64,000 nt of DNA from Polyangiales bacterium (lineage in GTDB: Bacteria > Myxococcota_A > Polyangia > Polyangiales > Polyangiaceae): positions 64,001 through 128,000 of the forward strand of contig JBBRLQ010000014.1 in NCBI GenBank assembly GCA_038231275.1, given 5' to 3'. The notes beneath the pieces are model-generated. The model was not told the origin of the DNA. It saw nothing but the letters and a program-made list of their open reading frames with translations, and did not search any database. Shown here in pieces: positions 57,646 through 64,000 of this stretch. How positions within the stretch are numbered: position 1 is the stretch's first letter; each line of letters opens with the position of its first letter. Position numbers and translations under genes: made by a program.

Positions 57646-59178
57646 ATGCGCCACCTCTTCGCGAGGGTGAACGTCGACGCCGCTCAAAGCAGCTCCGCGC
57701 TTCGTCGTGTGCTCGGCAAATGGGATCTCACGGCCCTCGGCGTCGGCGCCATCATCGGAGCGGGCATCTTCGCGTCGACCGGGTCGGCGATCGCAGGCGG
57801 CGCCGATCACGTGGGGGCGGGCCCCGCGATCGTCCTCTCGTTCGTCATGACGGCGGTCGCGTGCGGCTTCGCGGCGCTCTGCTACGCCGAGTTCGCGGCG
57901 ATGGTCCCGATCGCGGGTTCTGCGTACACGTACGCGTACGCGGCGCTCGGTGAGCTCGTCGCGTGGATCATCGGCTGGGATCTCGTGATCGAGTACGCGG
58001 TGGGTAACGTGGCGGTCGCCGTCTCGTGGTCCGGCTATTTCGTCGAGCTCTTGCGGATCGTCGGCCTGCACGTGCCGTCGTGGCTGGCGACCGACTACCG
58101 CTCGGCGGTGAAGGCCGCGGCGGCGGTGGCCTCCGGAAGCGCGACGCCGGCGATGCAAGCCGTCGCGGCCGCCGTCGCCGACGCGCCCCGCGTCTTGGGC
58201 ATTCCGATCATCTTCAACCTGCCGGCGATCGGCATCGTCGCGGGCGTCACGTGGGTCCTCGTTCGAGGCGTCCGCGAATCGGCGCGCTCCAACACGCTGA
58301 TGGTGCTTCTCAAGGTGGCCATCATCTTCGTCTTCTTGATCATCGGCGCCTTCTACGTGAAGCCGTCGAATTGGACCGACCACGGCGGCTTCGCGCCCAA
58401 CGGGTTTCACGGCATCGGCAGCGCCGCCGCCCTCATCTTCTTCGCGTACATCGGGTTCGACGCCGTCTCGACCGCCGCTGAAGAGGCGAAGGACCCCAAG
58501 CGCGACATGCCCTTCGGCATCATCGCGAGCCTGATCATCTGCACGGTGCTCTACATCCTCGTGGCGCTGGTGTTGACCGGGATCGCGCCGTGGAACGAGC
58601 TCGGCACCGCGGAGCCGATGCTCACCGGCCTCGAGCTCGCGGGCACCCACGGCGCCGTCCTCGCGTTCGGCCGCGTCCTCATCGGCATCGGCGCGGTCAT
58701 CGCGATGACGTCGGTCCTCCTCGTGTTCCAGCTCGGGCAGCCGCGTATCTTCTTCTCGATGGCGCGCGACGGCCTCTTGCCGCCATGGGCCGCCAAGCTC
58801 CACCCGAAGTACCAGACGCCGCACGTCACCACGATCCTCACCGGCGCCGTCGTCGCGGGGTTCTCCGCGTTCATGAACATCGACGAAGCGGTGGAGTTGA
58901 CCAACATCGGGACGCTCTTCGCCTTTGTCCTCGTCTCGGTCGGCGTCGTCGTGCTCCGCGTTCGCGAGCCGAACCGCCCGAGGCCGTTTCGTGTGCCCGG
59001 CTCGCCGTGGACGCCGATCGGCGCCGCCGCCTCGTGCATCTTCTTGATGGCGCAGCTCCCGCTCGTCACGTGGGTGAGGTTTTTCGTCTGGCTTGCGGTC
59101 GGCCTCCTCCTCTATTTCGCGTACGGCTACCGGCACAGCCGCCTGCGCGCGTCCTTGGACGCGGCGAAGAGCGCCTAG
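57646..59178 (+). CDS. APC-family amino acid permease (cationic amino acid transporter-like)
   Basis: GAIIGAGIF, CYAEFA, GSAYTY, FFAYIGFDAV, SMARDGLLP. Confidence 0.95.
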   Translation: MRHLFARVNVDAAQSSSALRRVLGKWDLTALGVGAIIGAGIFASTGSAIAGGADHVGAGPAIVLSFVMTAVACGFAALCYAEFAAMVPIAGSAYTYAYAALGELVAWIIGWDLVIEYAVGNVAVAVSWSGYFVELLRIVGLHVPSWLATDYRSAVKAAAAVASGSATPAMQAVAAAVADAPRVLGIPIIFNLPAIGIVAGVTWVLVRGVRESARSNTLMVLLKVAIIFVFLIIGAFYVKPSNWTDHGGFAPNGFHGIGSAAALIFFAYIGFDAVSTAAEEAKDPKRDMPFGIIASLIICTVLYILVALVLTGIAPWNELGTAEPMLTGLELAGTHGAVLAFGRVLIGIGAVIAMTSVLLVFQLGQPRIFFSMARDGLLPPWAAKLHPKYQTPHVTTILTGAVVAGFSAFMNIDEAVELTNIGTLFAFVLVSVGVVVLRVREPNRPRPFRVPGSPWTPIGAAASCIFLMAQLPLVTWVRFFVWLAVGLLLYFAYGYRHSRLRASLDAAKSA

Positions 59179-59206
59179 CGCCAGCTACCTCGAAGCTTGC
59201 TCCTCG

Positions 59207-61381
59207 TCAGTCGACCTTCACGTCGTCGACGCCGAGGGGCTTCGGGATCGAGCCTCCGCCGACCGGGATGAACGGCGCCGTTCCGGGCAACCCGGGGGCG
59301 GGCGAGCCGGGCGGGGCAGGGGGCGTGGCGGGCTTGACCTTGTCGATCTCCGGCGCGCTCCCTTTGCCTTCGGGGTTGATGTTCACGTTGGGGCCGCCCT
59401 GGATGTGCACGTCGCCGCCTGCGCTCGACAGGTGAAGCTCCTTCTGCGCGTGGAGGTGGATCTCGCCCTTCGCGTTGATGAAGATGTCGTCGCCGCTCAG
59501 CGTGATGCTCGCGCCGCCGGTGGTGATGACGATCTTTTTCTGGGTCGCATCCATCGACGTGCCGACGGTCGGCCCCACCGACACGTTGCACGTCAGGCCG
59601 ACCGACTTGATGTCGGTCATTCCCACCGTGGTCGTCCGCGTCTGCCCGACGTCGAGCGTATCGGACGAGCCGACCTTCGCGGCCCGCGTCTGCCCTACGT
59701 CGAGTGTGTCGGCCTTGCCGATGGTGACGGAGCGCGCGTCGCCGATGTGCGACGACTCGTCGTTCTTCACGATGTACGAGAGGTTCTTCTCGGCCTGGAC
59801 GTGGATCTCTTCGCTGCCGGCGCGGTCCTCGAAGGAGATCTCGTTGTAGCCGAGCTTGGCCGACGACGGCAGCGAGTTGCTCCGCCACCCGCTCTTGGTC
59901 TGGTTCTCGGGGAGCGACCACGGCACCACCGTCGTGCCGTTGAAGACGCGCCCGACGATGACCGGGCGATCGGGATCGCCCTCGTAGAACTCGACGAGGA
60001 CCTCGTGCCCGACGCGTGGAATGTTCATCATTCCGAACGCGCCGCCCGCCCACGGCTGGCTCACGCGCATCCAGCACGAGCTCTTGTCGTCGTACTTGCC
60101 TTCGCGGTCCCAGTGGAACTGCACGCGGACGCGGCCGTACTCGTCGGTGTAGATCTCCTGCCCCGCCGGCCCGGCGACGAGCGCGCTTTGGACACCGTAA
60201 ATTCGCGGCTTGGGCGTGCGCCGCTCGGGCCGATACACGGAGTCGGCGAAGACGCAGCTCGTGGTCATCGTCCACTCGCCGTCGTGCGGGCCCTCGATCT
60301 GCGACTCGACCACGAGGAGCTTCTTGTCGGGCGCGAGATCGGGCCGCGGATGATCGCGCGTGGTCGTCGACTCCTGGTTCACCCCGAGGAGCACGCCGGG
60401 CGCGAGATCGATCGCGTTGGTGTGGAACGACACGAGTAGCCGCCGCCGCCGCGCCGAGTCGAGCGAGCGCGCGGCGAGCTTGTTCGCCTCGCCCTCGTCG
60501 GTCTTCGGCGCACGCGACACGTCGGCGACCGGCTTTTCGACCTTGTCGGTGTCCCACCAGAACGCGCCGGGCACGTAGTCGTACTGCTCGTACGCGTCCT
60601 CCGGCGTGCTCGAGCGCGACGTCGCGAGGAGCGGCAGGTTCGGCATCTTGCGAAAGTCGAAGTCGCGGAGAACGACGCGGCCCGGTTTCATGCGCTGCGT
60701 GACGGTCACCGTCGCGACGAAATCCATGTCCGCGCCGAAGCGCGGCGTCAGGTGTCCCGCGTACGCGAGCGGCCCCTTCCTCGCCTCGGCGAGCTGCGGC
60801 GAGTCGTCGAGGACGAGCTTGGTGATCTCGTCCCCCTTTCCGGTCGTGGCGGCGTGCGAGAACGAAAACGAGATGCCCGCGTCCTCGAGGAGGCGACTCA
60901 CGAACGCGAAGTCCGTCTCGCCGTACTGCACGCAGTACTCGTGCGGCGGGTACTCGGCGCGGAGCTTCATGACCGGCGTGATCTGCCACTCGGCGAGGAC
61001 CTTCACGACGATCTCGGGCGTGGTCAGGTGCTGAAAGATGCGGCTGTTGCGGCGAAGGGTCGTGCGCCAGAGCATCGGCACGATGACGAGGTGATAGGCC
61101 GACAACCCCGGCGGCGGCTCCGCGTGCACTTGGGACATGTGCGCGACGACGCCTGCCCAGACGCGCACGGACGTCCCCGCCTGATAGTTCGGGGTCTCCA
61201 GCCGAAGCGCGGCGCCCTTGCCGACGACGCGATCGAGATCGATATCGTCGTCCCCCGACATCGCGAGGACGCTCACCTCGAACAGATCGTTCATCGACTC
61301 GTGGATCGAGAAGTGCCGAACGTCGAGCGCGTCCCCCGGGAGCGAAGCGAACGCGAGCTTGAGGTTGTTCTTCGTCTGCAC
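59207..61381 (-). CDS. vgrG: Type VI secretion spike protein VgrG (TssI)
   Basis: YCVQYGETDFAFVSRLLE, DEYGRVRVQFHWDR, IPRVGHEV, GDPDRPV, NEISFED, gp5-type 8-aa repeats (DTLDVGQTR twice). Confidence 0.95.
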   Translation of the reverse strand: MQTKNNLKLAFASLPGDALDVRHFSIHESMNDLFEVSVLAMSGDDDIDLDRVVGKGAALRLETPNYQAGTSVRVWAGVVAHMSQVHAEPPPGLSAYHLVIVPMLWRTTLRRNSRIFQHLTTPEIVVKVLAEWQITPVMKLRAEYPPHEYCVQYGETDFAFVSRLLEDAGISFSFSHAATTGKGDEITKLVLDDSPQLAEARKGPLAYAGHLTPRFGADMDFVATVTVTQRMKPGRVVLRDFDFRKMPNLPLLATSRSSTPEDAYEQYDYVPGAFWWDTDKVEKPVADVSRAPKTDEGEANKLAARSLDSARRRRLLVSFHTNAIDLAPGVLLGVNQESTTTRDHPRPDLAPDKKLLVVESQIEGPHDGEWTMTTSCVFADSVYRPERRTPKPRIYGVQSALVAGPAGQEIYTDEYGRVRVQFHWDREGKYDDKSSCWMRVSQPWAGGAFGMMNIPRVGHEVLVEFYEGDPDRPVIVGRVFNGTTVVPWSLPENQTKSGWRSNSLPSSAKLGYNEISFEDRAGSEEIHVQAEKNLSYIVKNDESSHIGDARSVTIGKADTLDVGQTRAAKVGSSDTLDVGQTRTTTVGMTDIKSVGLTCNVSVGPTVGTSMDATQKKIVITTGGASITLSGDDIFINAKGEIHLHAQKELHLSSAGGDVHIQGGPNVNINPEGKGSAPEIDKVKPATPPAPPGSPAPGLPGTAPFIPVGGGSIPKPLGVDDVKVD

Positions 61382-61420
61382 GAGTGCCTTTCGATGACGA
61401 TTGAAATTCGCGCTGCGCCG

Positions 61421-61741
61421 TCAACCGCCGACGTTGCAGTTCGGGCTACCCTGGATGAGCGTTCCAGTGCCGCCGCAATGCTTGGTGTCGTCGTCGACGC
61501 GGTGCGCGGGGATGCCGTTCATCTTCACCGTGGAGCTGCCCTTCTTGGCGTTCCACGTGTTGGGTCCGCAGCAGCTCGAGTGCGTGCCTGGATCACCGAT
61601 TCGGAGCGCGGCGCGCCCGTTGACGTAGACCGTCGGAGAGCCTTGTTTTGCTGGCCCTTCGCACGTGTGGACGCAGCACGGCTTGCCGTGCGAGTCGTTG
61701 GGGATCTTCGCGTGATCGCCGACGCGGCCTTGGGGGCGCAT
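61421..61741 (-). CDS. PAAR-domain protein
   Basis: RVGDH...GSPTVYVNGRAALRIGD...GSSTVKMNGIPAHRVDD...GSPNCNVGG with Cys/His zinc ligands. Confidence 0.9.
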   Translation of the reverse strand: MRPQGRVGDHAKIPNDSHGKPCCVHTCEGPAKQGSPTVYVNGRAALRIGDPGTHSSCCGPNTWNAKKGSSTVKMNGIPAHRVDDDTKHCGGTGTLIQGSPNCNVGG

Positions 61742-61898
61742 GATCGCTCTACGTCTCCTCTCGCGGATTCCGAGCACGACGGAAAAGAAAGGACGCGCCG
61801 CAGCCTCTCCTTCATCCTACGCCGTGCGGCGACGTGGGCTCCCCTGGACCAAGAGCGAACTTGGAAGCTCCGTCTTTTGGCTGGCGTATGAGCCTGTG

Positions 61899-62435
61899 AT
61901 GCCCAAACAAGAGCTCGGTCCGTTCACGTTCGAGCCTCCGACGTCGTGGTCTCGCCGAGCGGTCCTGATCTTCGTGGGAGAGTCGAACAATGCGCACCCG
62001 CCGCCCAACATCGTCGTCACGCGCGACGTTCGCGGCGACGAGGAACTCCCGACCCACGCGTGGCGCAAGGTGTTCGAGCTCGGACGTTCGGTGCCCGACT
62101 TCGAGATGCTCGGCAGCCGCGAGACGAGGATCGACGGTCAGCCGGCGTTCAAGGTGGTCGTGCGCTGGAGGAGCGAGCGCGGGACGGTCACGCAGGCGAT
62201 GGCGTGGGTCGACGACCGCGACGGCCACGCGTTGACCATCACGTGCAGCGCCATCGACAAGCCCGAGGCCTTCAGCGAGTTCGAGCACGTCCTGGAGACA
62301 CTGACGTTTGGCGGCGCGCGCGACTCGATGGTCGTGCCCACCGGTCGCGCGTCGTCACCGAGCCAGCCGCCGCCGGAGAACCCGGAGATGTACGCGTCGG
62401 TCCCGATGCCTGGCGCGCGCCCCGTGCGACGCTGA
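61899..62435 (+). CDS. DcrB/DUF1795 (PsbP-like) T6SS adaptor-like protein
   Basis: F.PPTSW, NIVVTRD, IDGQPA, Q.MAWV, LTITCS; adjacent to PAAR/VgrG. Confidence 0.7.
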   Translation: MPKQELGPFTFEPPTSWSRRAVLIFVGESNNAHPPPNIVVTRDVRGDEELPTHAWRKVFELGRSVPDFEMLGSRETRIDGQPAFKVVVRWRSERGTVTQAMAWVDDRDGHALTITCSAIDKPEAFSEFEHVLETLTFGGARDSMVVPTGRASSPSQPPPENPEMYASVPMPGARPVRR

Positions 62436-62527
62436 CGCCGACGCGAGCGAGCCTGATGGCTCGGAGTGGTCGCACGCAAAAGAGTCACATGCGCCGCGCT
62501 GGCGGTCAGAAATTGCATTTTGCAAGT

Positions 62528-62554
62528 CGGACGCGGCGAGCTCGGCCGCGTCCG
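62528..62554. terminator. Hairpin between convergent genes
   Basis: CGGACGCGGC-GAGCTCG-GCCGCGTCCG, perfect 10-bp stem. Confidence 0.5.
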
Positions 62555-62563
62555 CGACGTGCC

Positions 62564-63196
62564 TCAGCGAGCGTCGGCCAGCGCGCGGTCGATGAGCGCG
62601 GTCAAGCCCTTGAGGTTGCGATAGAGGACCTCGCCGGTGGCGCCATGAATCGCGACCCTCCCGCTCTTCAGCGCCTCGAACGCCAGCATCGCGGTGTTCG
62701 CCCTATCGTGCAGCGCGTGGGCGAGGGCGTGCGTTGGCTCCGTCACGCTCCGAGCGCCGGCGTCGACGGCGCTCTTCGCCTGGCGCCTCCCGAACTCGGT
62801 GACCGCCTCCGCGATCGCGTCGTCCAGGCAGCGATTGAAGGTGTGGAACTCGTCGACGGTGATCGGCGCGTCGGTCTCGTGGGCGAGCTCGGTGACCGCT
62901 TGGCAGAGATCCCCGTAGTCGTGGACGACCGAGTCGAGGGTGAGCCCTTTCGCGTACAACTCCCTGCCGTGCTTCCGCGCAGAAGCGCCGATCTCACGCG
63001 GCAGCTTGAGCGGCTCGCCGTGCGCTGACGCGCGCTGCTCGGCGCGAAGCGTGTCGACCATCTGTCCGATGAGGAGCGTGACTCCGTGCTCGAGCGCGAG
63101 CGTCGTCGACGGTGGAGGTCCCGGTCGCTGCGCCACCTTGTTCTTGCACCGATCGATCAGCTCTTGTCGGTTCGTTGTCAGAAACTCGTACAGCAT
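62564..63196 (-). CDS. Histidine-kinase-like protein: RsbRD_N-like sensor plus DHp helices, no HATPase domain
   Basis: Colinear with the N-terminal part of the kinase at 3123-4277 (ML.EF..TNR.E, VV..YGDLCQ, F.T.N.CLDDA.A.AVT, LIDR.LA) but stops there. Confidence 0.8.
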   Translation of the reverse strand: MLYEFLTTNRQELIDRCKNKVAQRPGPPPSTTLALEHGVTLLIGQMVDTLRAEQRASAHGEPLKLPREIGASARKHGRELYAKGLTLDSVVHDYGDLCQAVTELAHETDAPITVDEFHTFNRCLDDAIAEAVTEFGRRQAKSAVDAGARSVTEPTHALAHALHDRANTAMLAFEALKSGRVAIHGATGEVLYRNLKGLTALIDRALADAR

Positions 63197-63283
63197 GGCG
63201 CATGTTCCCTTCGGCGGTGCCCAACGAGTTCACGATTCATGCCTGAGGTCGCGCACGGATTGCGCGGCGGCTCACGTCGCCGC

Positions 63284-64000
63284 TCATGCCGCCGCCTCCT
63301 TCTCGCGCCTCCGCGCGAGCGCGCCGATCCACTTTGCGATCTCCCCGGCGACGCCTTGGCGGAAGGTCAAGACGCAGACGATGAAGATGACTCCCTGCAC
63401 GATCGAGCTCACCGAGCCGTACTCCCCGAGATAGTTCTCGAGCGTCACGACGATGAACGCGCCCACCACCGGCCCGTACGGCCGCCCGAGGCCGCCGATG
63501 AGCGTCATGAGGACCACCTCGCCGGAGATCGACCAGTGCACGTCGGTCAGCGACGCGAGCTGGAACACGATGGCCTTCGTGGCGCCGGCGAGCCCGGCGA
63601 GCGCCGCGGAGAGCACGAAGGCGAGGAGTTTGTAGCGCTCGACGCGGTACCCCAAGCTCGTCGCGCGCGGCTCGTGCTCGCGAATCGCGCGCAGCACCTC
63701 ACCGAACGGGGAGTGGATGACGCGATAAATGAGCAGGAACCCGACGACGAAAACGAGGAGCACGAAGAAATACATCGCCGTCGTGCCCTCGAGGCTGACG
63801 ACGCCGAGCACGCGGCCCCGGGGAACCGCCTGAATCCCGTTTTCGCCCCCCGTGAACGTCGCGCGCAGGCAGAAAAAATAGACCATCTGCGCGAGCCCCA
63901 GCGTGATCATCGCAAAGTAGATGCCCTGCCGCCGGATGGCGAGGAACCCGACGACGAGGCCGAGCGCCGCGCTGACGAGCACGCCGAACGCGATGGCCGC
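63284..64000 (-). CDS. Branched-chain amino acid ABC transporter permease (LivM-like), 3' part
   Basis: GIYFAMITL, TGGENG, SPFG..LRAIRE, LIGGLG..YGPVVGA; start lies outside the window. Confidence 0.92.
   Translation of the reverse strand, partial: AAIAFGVLVSAALGLVVGFLAIRRQGIYFAMITLGLAQMVYFFCLRATFTGGENGIQAVPRGRVLGVVSLEGTTAMYFFVLLVFVVGFLLIYRVIHSPFGEVLRAIREHEPRATSLGYRVERYKLLAFVLSAALAGLAGATKAIVFQLASLTDVHWSISGEVVLMTLIGGLGRPYGPVVGAFIVVTLENYLGEYGSVSSIVQGVIFIVCVLTFRQGVAGEIAKWIGALARRREKEAAA

Noticed and set aside
59175..59300. Toxin domain fused to VgrG (evolved VgrG)
   Set aside because: The C-terminal extension is only about 50 aa and low complexity, with no catalytic motif.
63229..63245. Sigma-54-like element upstream of the truncated kinase (AGGCATGAATCGTGAA, minus strand)
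   Set aside because: Has GA instead of the near-invariant GC at -12; too weak to call.

Overview
Very GC-rich bacterial chromosomal window. Its gene style (many lipobox proteins with DAG/Pro-rich linkers, Cys-rich repeat lipoproteins, orphan VgrG/PAAR, numerous secreted peptidases) suggests Myxococcota, probably Polyangiaceae-like; this is inferred, not tested. It holds about 52 CDS and one tRNA-Leu(TAA), with no CRISPR array, rRNA, integrase or transposase seen. Most interesting is the ~12.7 kb locus at 41028-53731. One arm encodes a Tat-lipoprotein plus a signal-less GMC oxidase. The divergent arm encodes a GMC lipoprotein, two paralogous lipase-fold lipoproteins, a small Cys-rich lipoprotein, an MMPL/RND transporter, a LolA-like protein and an outer-membrane barrel, followed by a convergent LysR gene. 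The first lipase lacks its catalytic Ser. The second has an in-frame TGA aligning without gaps to a Cys of the first, so it is either a selenocysteine/readthrough candidate or a TGC>TGA lesion. Other notable items: a giant lipoprotein-FadL-FGE operon, a PHM-type copper monooxygenase lipoprotein, an effector-less PAAR-VgrG-DcrB module, and a histidine kinase paralogue lacking its ATPase domain. All calls come from motif recognition by eye; no database searches were run.
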